DNA of 64,000 nt, taken from assembly GCF_009914755.1 (NCBI RefSeq), contig NC_060933.1; one strand, 5' to 3'. Below, piece after piece: positions 13,073 to 25,050 of the stretch. Positions within the stretch are counted from its first letter, which is position 1. Every line of letters begins with the position of its first letter. The notes beneath the pieces were generated by a model that searched no databases, was not told the DNA's origin, and saw only the letters and a list, made by a program, of their open reading frames with translations. Made by a program: the position numbers and the translations under genes. This DNA comes from the human T2T-CHM13v2.0 reference genome, Homo sapiens.

Positions 13073-13540
13073 TCAAAAAGAAACACTGGGGGAGGTTCCA
13101 AGATGGCCGAATAGGAACAGCTCCAGTCTACAGCTCCCACCATGAGAGACACAGAAGATGGGTGATTTCTGCATTTCCAACTGAGGTACCAGGTTCGTCT
13201 CAATGGGGCTTGTCTGGCAGTGGGTGCAGGACAGTGGATGCAGCCCACTGACTGTGAGCTGAAGCAGGGTGAGGCATCGCCTCACCCGGGAAGCACAAGG
13301 GGTTGGGGAATTCCCTTTCCTAGCCAAGGGAAGCTGTGACAGACAGCACCTGGAATATTGGGTCACTCCCACCCTAATACTGCACTTTTCCAACAGTCTT
13401 AGCAAATGGCACACCAGGAGATTATATTCTGCACCTGGCTCAGAGGGTCCCAGGCCCATGGAGCCCTGCTCAGTGCTAGCACAGCAGTCTGAGATCGAAC
13501 TGCAAGGCGGCAGCAAGGCTTGGGGAGGGGCGCCCACCAT
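13073..13540 (-). CDS. L1 ORF0 homologue, open and extended to 155 aa
   Basis: MVGAPPQALLPPCSSISDCCAS...GPSEPG...IRVGVTQYSRC resembles primate L1 ORF0 (MAGAPPPASLPPCSLISDCCAS...). Start context GCAATGG. Translation not demonstrated. Confidence 0.5.
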   Translation of the reverse strand: MVGAPPQALLPPCSSISDCCASTEQGSMGLGPSEPGAEYNLLVCHLLRLLEKCSIRVGVTQYSRCCLSQLPLARKGNSPTPCASRVRRCLTLLQLTVSGLHPLSCTHCQTSPIETNLVPQLEMQKSPIFCVSHGGSCRLELFLFGHLGTSPSVSF

Positions 13541-14114
13541 TGCTGAGGCTTGAGTAGGTAAACAAAGCAGCTGCGAAGCTCGAACTGGGTGGAGCCCACT
13601 GCAGCTCAAGGAGGCCTGCCTGCCTCTGTAGACTCCACCTCTGACGGCAGAGCATAGCTGAACAAAAGGAGCAGAAACTTCTGCAGACTTAAAGGTCCCT
13701 GTCTGACAGCTTTGAAGAGTGTAGTGGATCTCCCAGCACGGAGTTTGAGATCTGAGAACGGAGAGACTGCCTCCTCAAGTGGGACCCTGACCCCCGAGTC
13801 GCCTAACTGGAAGGCACCTCCCAGTAGGGGCCGACTGACACCTCATCTGGCTGGGTGCCCCTCTGAGACGAGGCTTCCAGAAGAACGATAAGGCAGCAAC
13901 ATTTGCCGTTCTGCAATATTCACTGTTCTGCACCCTCCGCTGGTGATACCCAGGCAAACAGGGACTGGAGTGGACCTCCAGCAAACTCTAACAGACCTGC
14001 AGCTGAGGGTCCTGACTGTTAGAAGGAAAACTAACAAACAGAAAGGGCATCTACACCAAAACCCCATCTGTACGTCACCATCATCAAAGACCAAAGGTAA
14101 ATAAAACCACAAAG
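13089..14114 (+). promoter_or_regulatory. L1 5'UTR with sense and antisense promoter region; YY1 motif CAAGATGGCCG at 13099-13109
   Basis: Complete 5'UTR with many CpGs decayed to TpG/CpA. Promoter function is established for the family, not shown for this copy. Confidence 0.7.
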
Positions 14115-15137
14115 ATGGGGAAAAAACAGAGCAGAAAAGATGAAAAATCTAAAAATCAGAACACCTCTTCTCCTCCAAAGGAATGTAGCTCCTCGCCAGC
14201 AATGGAACAAAGCTGAACGGAGAATGACTGACAAGTTGAGAGAAGAAGGCTTCAGACGATCGGTAATAACAAACTTCTCCGAGCTAAAGGAGGATGTTTG
14301 AACCCGTTACAAAGAAGCTAAAAACCTTGAAAAAAGATTAGACGAATGGCTGACTAGAATAACCAGCTTAGAGAAGACCTTAAATGACCTGATGGAGCTG
14401 AAAACCATGGCATGAGAACTACGTGACAAATGCACAAGCTTCAGTAGCCGATTTGATCAACTGGAAGAAAGGGTATCAGTGATGGAAGATCAAATGAATG
14501 AAATGAAGCGAGAAGAGAAGTTTAGAGAAAAAAGAGTAAAAAGAAATGAACAAAGCCTCCAAGAAATATGGGACTATGTGAAAAGACCAAATCTACGTCT
14601 GATTGGTGTACGTAAAAGTGACAGGGAGAATGGAACCAAGTTGGAAAACACTCTTCAGGATATTATCCAGGAGAACTTACCCAACCTAGCAAGGCAGGCC
14701 AACATTGAAATCAGGAAACACAGAAAATGCCACAAAGATACTCTTCAAGAAGAGCAACTCCAAGACACATAATTGTCAGATTTACCAAAGTTGAAAAGAA
14801 GGAGAAAATGTTAAGGGCAGCCAGAGAGAAAGGTTGGGTTACCCACAAAGGGAAGCCCATCAGACTAACAGCTGATCTCTCGGCAGAAACTCTACAAGCC
14901 AGAAGAGAGTGGGGGCCACTACTCAACATGCTTAAAGAAAGGAATTTTCAACCCAGAATTTCATATCCAGCCAAACTAAGCTTCATACGTGAAAGAGAAA
15001 TAAAATCCTTTACAGACAAACAAATGCTGAGAGATTTTGTCACCACCAGGCCTGCCTTACAAGAGCTCCTGAAAGAAGCACTAAACGTGGAAAGGAACAA
15101 CCGTTACCAGCCACTGCAAAGACATGCCGAATTGTAA
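14115..15137 (+). pseudogene. L1 ORF1p, disrupted
   Basis: Starts MGKKQSRK, premature TGA near 14214, frameshifts; C-terminal piece MPQRYSSRRATPRHIIVRF...RYQPLQRHAEL at 14727-15137. Confidence 0.93.
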
Positions 15138-15200
15138 AGACCATCAATGCTAGGAAGAAACTGAATCAACTAAGGAGCAAAATAACCAGCTAACATCATA

Positions 15201-18200
15201 ATGACAGGATCAAATTCACCCATAACAATATTAACCTTAAATGTATATGGGCTAAATGTTACAATTAAAAAACACAGACTGGCAAATTGGATAAAGAGTC
15301 AAGACCCATCAGTGTGCTATACTCAGGAGATCCATCTCACGTGCAGAGACACACAGGCTCAGAATAAAGGGATGGAGGAAGATCTACCAAGCAAATGGAA
15401 AACAAAAAAAAAGCAGGGATTGCAATCCTAATCTCTGATAAAACAGATTTTAAACCAACAAAGATCAGAAGAGACAAAAAAGGCCATTACATAATGGTAA
15501 AGGGATCAATTCAACAAGAAGAGCTAACTATCCTAAATATATATGCAGGAGCACCCAGATTCAAAAAGCAAGTCCATAGAGACCTACAAAGAGACTTAGA
15601 CTCCCACACAATAATAATCGGAGACTTTAACATCCTACTGTCAACATTAGACAGATCAATGAGACAGAAAGTTAAGAAGGATATCCAGGAATTGAACTCA
15701 GCTCTGCACCAAGTGGACTTAATAAACATCTACAGAACTCTCCACCCCAAATCAACAGAATATACATTCTTCTCAGCACCATGTCGCACTTATTCCAAAA
15801 CTGACCACATAGTTGGAAGTAAAGCACTCCTCAGAAAATGTAAAAGAACAGAAATTATAACAAACTGTCTCTCAGACCACAGTGCAATCAAACTAGAACT
15901 CAGGATTAAGAAACTCACTCAAAACCGCTCAACTACATGGAAACTGAACAACCTGCTCCTGAATGACTACTGGGTACATAAAGAAATGAAGGCAGAAATA
16001 AAGATGTTCTTTGAAACCAGTGAAAACAAAGACACAACATACAAGTATCTCTGGGACACATTTAAAGCAGTGTGTAGAGGGAAATTTATAGCACTAAATG
16101 CCCACAAGAGAAAGCAGGAAAGATCTAAAATTGACACCCTAATATCACAATTAAAAGAACTAGAGAAGCAAGAGCAAACACATTCAAAAGCTAGCGGAAG
16201 TCAAGAAATAACTAAGATCAGAGCAGAACTGAAGGAAAAAGAGACACAAAAAACCCTTCAAAAATCAATGAATCCAGGAACTGGTTTTTTGAAAAGATCA
16301 ATGAAATTGATAGGCAGCTAGCAGACTAATAAAGAAGAAAAGAGAGAAGAATCAAATAGAACAATAAAAAATGACAAAGGGGATATCACCACTGATCCCG
16401 TAGAGATACAAACTACCATCAGAGAATAGTATAAACACCTTTATGCAAATAAACTACAAAATCTAGAAGAAATGGATAAATTCCTGGACACATACACCCT
16501 CCCAAGACTAAACCAGGAAAAAGTTGAATTCCTGAATAGACCAATAGCAGGCTCTGAAATTGAGGCAATAATGAAGAGCCTACTGACCAAAAAAAGTCCA
16601 TGACCAGATGGATTCACAGCTGAATTCTATCAGAGGTACAAAGAGGAGCTGGTACCATTACTTATGAAACTATTCCAATCAGTAGAAAAAGAGGGAATCC
16701 TCCCTTACTCATTTTATGAGGCCAGCATCATCCTGATACCAAAGCCTGGCAGAGAAAAAACAAAAAAAGAGAATTTTAGACCAATATCCCTGATGAACAT
16801 TGATGCAAAAATCCTCAATAACATACTGGCAAACCGAATCCAGCAGCACATCAAAAAGCTTATCCACCATGATCAAGTGGGCTTCATCCCTGGAATGCAA
16901 TGCTGGTTCAACATACATAAATCAATAAACATAATCCATCATACGAACAGAACCCAAGACAAAACCCACATGATAGTCTCAATAGATGCAGAAAAGGCCT
17001 TTGACAAAATTCAACAACCCTTCATGCTAAAAACTCTCAATAAATTAGGTATTGATGGAATGTATCTCAAAATAATAATAGCTATTTATGACAAACCCAC
17101 AGCCAGTATTATACTGAATGGGCAAAAACTGGAAGCATTCCCTTTGAAAACTGGCACAAGACAGGGATGCCCTCTCTCACCACTCCTATTCAACATAGTG
17201 TTGGAAGTTCTGGCCAGGGCAATCAGGCAGGAGAAAGAGATAAAGGGTATTCACTTAGGAAAAGAGGAAGTCAAACTGTCCCTGTTTGCAGATGACATGA
17301 TTGTATGTCTAGATAACCCCACTGTCTCAGCCCAAAATCTCCTTAAGCTGATAAGCAACTTCAGCAAAGTCTCAGCATACAAAATCAATGTGCAAAAATC
17401 ACAAGCATTCCTATACACCAATAACAGACACACAGAGAGCCAAATCATGAGTGAACTCCCATTCACAATTGCTTCAAAGAGAATAAAATACCTAGGAATC
17501 CAACTTACATGGGTTGTGAAGGACCTCTTCAAGGAGAACTACAAACCACTGCTCAACAAATTAAAAGAGGACACAAACAAATGGAAGAACATTCCATGTT
17601 CATGGACAGGAAGAATCAATATCATGAAAATGGCCATACTGCCCAAAGTAATTTATAGATTCAATGCCATCCCCATGAAGCTACCAATGATTTTCTTCAC
17701 AGAATTGGAAAAAAACTACTTTAAAGTTCATATGGAACAAAAAAGAGCCCGCATTGCCAAGACAATCCTAAGCCAAAAGAACAAAGCTGGAGGCACCAGA
17801 CTACCTGACTTCAAACTATACTACAATGCTACAGTAACCAAAACAGCATTGTACTGGTACCAAAAGAGAGATACAGACCAATGGAACAGAACAGGGCCCT
17901 CAGAAATAATACCACACATCTACAACCATCTGATCTTTGACAAATCTAACAAAAACAAGAAATGGGGAAAGGAATCCCTGTTTAATAAATGGTTCTGGGA
18001 AAACTGGCTAGCCATATGCAGAAAGCTGAAACTGGATCCCTTCCTTACACCTTATACAAAAATTAATTCAAGATGGATTAAAGACTTAAATTTCAGACCT
18101 AAAACCATAAAAATCTTAGAAGAAAACCTAGGCAATACCATTCAGGACATAGGCATGGGCAAGGACTTCATGTCTAAAACACCAAAAGCAATGGCAACAA

Positions 18201-19013
18201 AAGCCAAAATTGACAAATGGGATCTAATTAAACTAAAGAACCTCTGCACAGCAAAAGAAACTACCATCAGAGTGAACAGGCAACCTACAGAATGGGAGAA
18301 AATGTTTGCAATCTACCCATCTGACAAAGGGCTAATATCCAGAATCTACAAAGAACTTAAACAAATTTACAAGAAAAAATCAAACAACCCCGTCAAAAAG
18401 TAGGCGAAGGATATGAACAAACACTTCTCAAAAGAAGACACTTATGCAGTCAACAGACACATGAAAAATTGCTCATCATCACTGGCCATCAGAGAAATAC
18501 AAATCAAAACCACAATGAGATACCATCTCACACCAGTTAGAATGGCGATCATTAAAAAGTCAGGAAACAACAGGTGCTGGAGAGGATGTGGAGAAATAGG
18601 AATGCTTTTACACTGTTGGTGGGAGTGTAAACTAGTTCAACCATTGTGGAAGACAGTGTGGCAATTCCTCGAGGATCTACAACTAGAAATACCATTTGAC
18701 CCAGCCATCTCATTACTGGGCATATACCCAAAGGATTATAAATCATGCTACTATAAAGACACATGCACACGTAAGTTTATTGTGGCACTATTCACAATAG
18801 CAAAGACTTGGAAGCAACCCAAATGTCCAACAATGATAGACTGGTTTAAGAAAATGTGGCACATATACACCATGGAATACTATGCAGCCGTAAAAAGGAT
18901 GAGTTCATGTCCTTTGTAGGGAGATGGATGAAGCTGGAAACCATCATTCTGAGCAAACTATCACAAGGACAGAAAACCATACAGTGCATGTTCTCTCTCA
19001 TAGGTGGGAACTG
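15201..19013 (+). pseudogene. L1 ORF2p (endonuclease, reverse transcriptase, C domain), disrupted
   Basis: Start MTGSNSPITILTLNV; frameshift near 15350; 9-bp deletion after NIYA; stops near 16601 and at 18401; the 579-aa segment 16664-18403 carries QGCPLSP and LFADDM RT motifs. Confidence 0.95.
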
Positions 19014-19212
19014 AAAAATGAGAACACTTGGACACAGGATGGGGAACATCACACACCGCGGCCTGTTGTGGGGTGGGGGGAGGGGGGAGGGGTAGCATTA
19101 GAAGATATACCTAATGTAAATGACAAGTTAATGGTTGCAGCACACCACCATGGCACATGTATACATACGTAACAAACCTGCATGTTGTGTACATGTACCC
19201 TAGAACTTAAAG

Positions 19213-19214
<2 letters not shown>

Positions 19215-19256
<42 letters not shown>
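19215..19256 (+). repeat. (TAA)14 microsatellite derived from the L1 tail
   Basis: Read directly; abuts the 3' TSD. Confidence 0.95.
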
Positions 19257-19258
<2 letters not shown>

Positions 19259-21467
19259 GAAACACTGAAACAAAGAAAGGGCACGCAATATATATATCAT
19301 GCATTGTGTGAGAAAGTTTAATCATGAAGCAGTGTTTATAGAATTAGTTCTAAATCAAAAGTAGAAGGTAAATGGGATTGAACATCTGGCAATCTAGTAT
19401 TAAAAGTGGGGAGACTTCCAGAATCAGACACTGGCTTATCTATTTCTGAAGCATGTCAGTTTCTAATTTATACAGTCTTAATTGGCAGACTGTTGGGCCA
19501 CTTTCCTTTAAGGTTAAAATGTACTTTGCATGCTTAGTTAATATGGTGAGCCAAAGGAACTAAAAGACAAACTTACAATTATTTTTAAAATGCTTCTATA
19601 GACACCTGGGTGGATGTACTATTATTTGTAGCCTAATACCTCAGTTTAAAAAAGGGCAATATTGATCCAACAAGAAATAGCCTAATTTTGTGATTTACTG
19701 AAGAGTTTTTTAATTTACTTTGCAGCTCTCTCTGAAGATCTTTTATTCTTTTGAATCACATTGAAAAATAAACCCAACAGTGCAGACCCATGCCTCTGCC
19801 TAAGGGGAAAATGCTTTGTTCAAACAGAAATTAGCTATTTAGATATTTAGGATTTCACAATGCTAAGCAATACATATGGACTTTCTAAAGTATCATTTAA
19901 TGAATAATGAAGCCACTTTAATACCTAAGAAAAGAATAAGCCCTCAAACATTTCAAAGAATCAATTTAATTTGATTTCTTATATTTCCTGTGGCATAACA
20001 AAGAAAGGATTACAGCCAACACTGAGGAGAAAAAGTGGAGTTTTAGAGGGATCAGGAAATCGTTATAATTCCCAGAGTTGCAGACAATGCTTTACTTTCA
20101 AATATTCACTAAGAGCATCCCTCAGATTCAGAGGCCGCTGAAATAGTCACTGTGGTAGAATCAGAGGGGTATAATATGTGTGTGTTTCCGAATGCAAGCG
20201 TGTGTATAAGAGTGTGTGTGTTAGGAAGGGCACACAAAAGATAGGACAAGGTAGATAAGGGGCATCCAGAGAAGAAGAAAAAGTAAAGAAAGTGGCAGAG
20301 AACCTTCAAAGCAAACACATGCTTTATCCTCAGAGATGATTTTGCATTGCCAGACCTCCTACCAACATGCTTTTTGAAGGACTCGAGATGCCGATACACT
20401 TAAAAGAAGTTTGTATGTCATCAGGAACAGTTAAAGCTTATTGAAGTGTTGATCTGGGATCAGTAGGAAGTCATCCTTTTCAGACTGAACTGACACACAT
20501 GAAGTTGAGTCAGAATTACGTTGAGGATTTATAATGAGTATTGCAGAAACCATTTTTCAGGACAATGTTTATACTTAAAGTGGCTTTATTAAGAAGGCTT
20601 ATACATGTAGGTCACTTATTCAATGCAATCAACAAGGATTCTTCTCTTTTTATTTTTTTAAAGTGCTTGTTTTTCCTGTTTTGACTTTAGAAACTAATTA
20701 AGTAAAAAGTGGAAAATTAATTTATTATGAGGAAAATTTTTATTTTGATTAGAAACTTTTCCCTAACTTACTGGAAATCACAAGAGTCACAATAAGTCAC
20801 AATGAAGCAACAGTCACAATGATACTTCACAAAATAGATTTTACACAGATACATTTCTGAAAAATCATCTTCTTGATTATTACTGCATACATATTTACAA
20901 GTCGCAAAAGAATAGCATGCCACTTTAATTTTAGTACCAAAATGGCCATTGCATGTAAGACCACAGCATTAAGTCACCAAATTGGATAATTTACTTTAAA
21001 ATTTTAGTGTCAAATAAAGTTGTATCTGATAGAGACAGATCTGCAACATTCCTAACAATCTTTGTGGCTGAGGGTTTGGCCACTTTTTCTAATAAGCTCA
21101 AAAACGCAGCGCAGTTTTCTTTTTAACATGATTCAGCTAAACAGAAAAATCATTAAAATAATTTGCCTAGACAAAGGCAATCCTCATTGCAGAAGCCCCA
21201 GAATATCGCTTTACAGAGGACATTCTGTCAGTCTGCGGTTTTGCATATACTAAAACCACACTTTCTGGAATGTGATCAACAAATGGCTTTACCTATTGTA
21301 ATATGAGTCCTAGAGTAAAAACTGAATCAATGAAAACTAAGATTAAGTATTCTAAATTAATGTTTGTACAAACAGTGCCTAGATCTCTCTGAGCTTCTTC
21401 ACTAGAGAATAAAAACAATCTTAACCTTAGGGTTCTCTGTATTTAAAATAGCTTATTTAATGCACTT

Positions 21468-21932
21468 AACCAGGGAGGTGAAGTATCTCTACACTGAAAA
21501 CTATAAAACACTGATAAACGAAATAGAAGGAAAGATAAATAAATGGTAGGGTATCCTGTGTTCATGCATTGGAAGAATGAATAATGTTAAAATGGCTACG
21601 CTGCCCAAAGTGATCTACAGATTTTATGCAATCCCTATCAATATGCCAATGACAATACCAACTTCTTCACAGAAATAGAAAAATAAGGTTCTGAAGTTTA
21701 TATGGAGCCACAAATAATCCCAAATAATCAAAGCAATCCTGAGCAAAAAGAACAAAGTTGGAGGAATCATACTACCTGGCTTCAAAATATACTATACAGA
21801 TAGATAAACTAAAACAGCATGGTACTGGCATAAAAATAGACAGACCAATAGAACACAACAGAGAACCCAGAAATATATGTATATACAACAAATCGTACCC
21901 CATAAATATGTACAATTACAATGTGTCAGTTA
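21468..21932 (+). mobile_element. L1MA-type fragment: ORF2 piece joined to the extreme 3' end
   Basis: CTCTACACTGAAAACTATAAAACACTG...CAGCATGGTACTGGCATAAAA...GAACCCAGAAATA, then GTACCCATAAATATGTACAATTA. Confidence 0.8.
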
Positions 21933-22394
21933 TGCACATTTTATTTAGGTTGCTCTGGTCTCAGTGACATTCATTGTTGTTACTCAAAGCCAGATTATAT
22001 ATTATTTTTATATAGTATAATATATAATCTATAATATATATTGTTATATATTATATAATATTCTTATCAGATAGTTCTGATTTAAAGTATCCTCTGTTTT
22101 CATTAGACTTTGATAATAATACCTGTCTCTTCATAGAATTCTTTGTCATTGAATGAATAAAATGTTAAAGACAAAGAGTATTTAAGAATCAAGTTATGGA
22201 GTAAACTGATAATTAGGTCCAGATAATTTAAACTCTTTTAATGTATTTCCTAAAATTTTGGCAAATTTTAGACCCCGCTTTACTTTCTTTATTATTTCTA
22301 TTATCATTATTTTTTGATCATCTTGGCCCTGACACCCCCAAACAAGAATTGCTAGTAAGTGGGAAAAAGTTTAAACTTTAAAACGCCAGGACCC

Positions 22395-22678
22395 GGCTGG
22401 TTGCGGTGGCTCACACTTGTAATCTCAGCACTTTGGGAAGCTGAGGTGGGAGGATTACCTGAAGCCAGGAGTTTGAGACAAGCCCAGTCAACATAGTGAG
22501 AACCCCCCCACCCCACCCATCTCTACAAAAAATTAAAAAATTAGCCAGGCATGGTGGCATGTGCCTGCAGACCCAGCTACTCAGAGGATCCCTCGAACCC
22601 AGGAGTTGGAAGCTGCAGTAAGCTGAGCTATGACTGTGCCACCACACTCCAGCCTGGATGACAGAGCAAGACCCTGCC
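22395..22678 (+). mobile_element. AluJ with a small right-arm deletion and no A-tail
   Basis: GAGGTGGGAGGATT, CAACATAGTGAGA, GAGCTATGA and GACCCTG are J-type diagnostics. Confidence 0.9.
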
Positions 22679-23104
22679 TTTTTATTTATTTTTGTCAACA
22701 GATTTTAAGTGCTAAGGATTTGTTTTATTACACTTCATCATCTTTGGTAAAGATTTCTTTTATTGGATTTTTCAACTGCCTTTCATAACTATTTTCCAGC
22801 AAGCACATGTAAGTAAAAGTTGCATATATCATATTTATCTATGAATTATTGGAGATAAAATATGACTATAATAATTGAATATTAATTAATATTAATATTT
22901 GGTTTTCAATACTTATTACATGTAATGTCTTAGTAAGCTTTGGATCCTTTATTAGAAACCTGTGGGATATAATAAACTAACTTATCATTTAAGTAATATT
23001 TTTACCCATTTTTAATTACCAGCAAAAGATTTAATATTGTTGAAAAGCAAAGTAATGGAAATCAGATGTCTGGCACAAAAAGTAAATAGTGTATGTATTA
23101 GAAA

Positions 23105-23563
23105 CTTCTTTAGCCCTGTTTCCCATTCAATTAGCTCACCTTTTTCTCCATTTCTGCCTGCTCACTTTCCTGTAGATATATACCCTGACCTCACCTCTAC
23201 TTCTGCTCTGACTTCCTGATCCTTCCAACACCCAACCATGTATTACCTAGAAATGCAAGGGAATAAATATTCTGTAGGATGACCCTGGGTCAATGGGGGA
23301 TGGTAGCTGGCAAATAAAGTTCCTTCTTCTATTCTTTGGGTGAACAATTCTGAGGTGTATTTCTTCTTTAAAAAAGTATCTGCATGATAAGCTTCTAGTT
23401 GCCCTAAGCTGTGACCCCCTATTTAACTCATCCTTCAATGGATTTTCACTCTTTCTCGGTTTCACTCCTTCTAGTTCCCTCCTATTCCCTGAGACCCAAA
23501 ATAGGACTACCTGCACATAAGGCCCTTCTTAGGCTCTGCTTCTCAGGGGAAAAGACTAAGACA
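23105..23563 (+). mobile_element. LTR16C-like ERVL solo LTR
   Basis: GAACAATTCTGAGGTGTATTTC...ACTACCTGCACA...AGGCTCTGCTTCTCAGGGGAAAAGACTAAGACA. Confidence 0.65.
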
Positions 23564-25050
23564 CTGGATATATTGAACCCTTTAATAAGGATTTATAGTT
23601 AACACTGACTGATTAGATACCTACATACTGGCAAGAATTAAACTCTCCCTAATTTCATCCTTGATTTTTGGATGGAGTTTATAGATGCATCCTAAAATAA
23701 TTTCCTTTAAATTTATTGGTAAAATGTAAATATTTTAATACATTTTATACTTAATGAAAGTCTGTTAATTATTAGTACTCTTATACAAAGGCATATGTGT
23801 CATTGTTCCCTCATTCAAAAATGGCACATTTCAGGAATTGAAAAAAAAAATCTCTCTACATGAAGGAAGTAGAAGTTGGAATATTTTATGAACATTTAAA
23901 TAATTAGCAGTGTCATTAATTTTACACAGCACATATGCATACATTTTCAGTCAAGCAAATCTGTACCGCAGAATTTTCCACACTGGTTCCTGGAGACTTC
24001 AGGCTGGTGTTATCTGTCTCTTTTTGCTTATATACCAAACAAAGTTACTAAGGCAAAAAAAAAAAGCCTGTCTACGATACCTGAACCCATGGCAATAGTA
24101 TGAATAAAGAATGTCAGGAAAGCTGCTAGCCTCTCTGACTACTTTCTTCACCCTTCTATCCGTTGTTTGTGTTATGTAGTACAATGCAGATCTTTTCCTT
24201 CATTGGAAAATATCGTCTTGCTTTCTTAAAGCAATGTAATAAACTCTAATATTTTTGGGCAGCGAATTCACTGGGACACTATATTCAGTGCACATTCTGC
24301 CTTTATTGGCAGAGGGCTGAGAGGGCGATGTTAAAAGTTAAACACAAACAACGAAATATCAGAGAATGAGCTCTTCCACATAACAGATTTTATCATATAA
24401 CTAAAGATGGCTCTTTGAAATTCTAGATTTTTATTTTTAACTCTTCTTCTTGGAAGTTTTTTCAAAATGTATTATTACTTATTTTACTGATGTCTTTCAC
24501 AAAATAAGCTGAATATAACTTATAATTTTTGATCGCACTGTCACCAGGAGCTATTGGCTAGATGGCTGTAATCACAATGACGCCCCCTGAGAGTAATGAG
24601 GTGTATCAGGTTTTTTATGCCCATGTCAAAGGGTCTGAGACTGTTGCGATTTTTAATATATTTTAAAATTTCATAACTACATTCTTTTCTCTATTATCTG
24701 GCAGATTTTTCTGTTTTAGTAGTCCTGCTTGAGGGTTCTTCCATCTTGGGAATTAGACTATCACACTTCTTGGGATCAGCTGAACTTCTTTTAAGATGTA
24801 AATTATTCACCAACTTCTGAATCACATTAAAGATAAATAGATTGTGGCATCTCTTATAACTTGTGGTGTATCCATGGTGGTATATCTAGAGCAGTGTGAT
24901 TTGACACGGGACTGAGATCTGCTGCTCTGGGTTCAAATTTCACAGTTAACCCGAGGGGATATGCTGATCCCTCCCTGAACTTGGCAAGTCTGTCAGTCAA
25001 CAAAGGTTTAATTGTTTACTCATTTCAAGTATTTCTGCTTCTTATAGTGC

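Larger units (their letters stand above)
13089..19254 (+). mobile_element. Full-length LINE-1, L1PA5-like (possibly L1PA6), retrotransposition-dead
   Basis: 5' GGGGAGGTTCCAAGATGGCCGAATAGGAACAGCTCC, ORF1 and ORF2 remnants, 3'UTR ending GTACCCTAGAACTTAAAGTA, TSD AAAAGAAACACTG at 13076-13088 and 19255-19267. Confidence 0.97.

Noticed and set aside
14214-18403. Two Trp-to-stop changes as APOBEC3 hypermutation
   Set aside because: Most other Trp codons are intact and I see no clear G-to-A clustering; ordinary decay explains it.
13089-19254. L1 as an active, autonomous element
   Set aside because: ORF1 has an early stop and frameshifts; ORF2 has frameshifts, an endonuclease deletion and internal stops.
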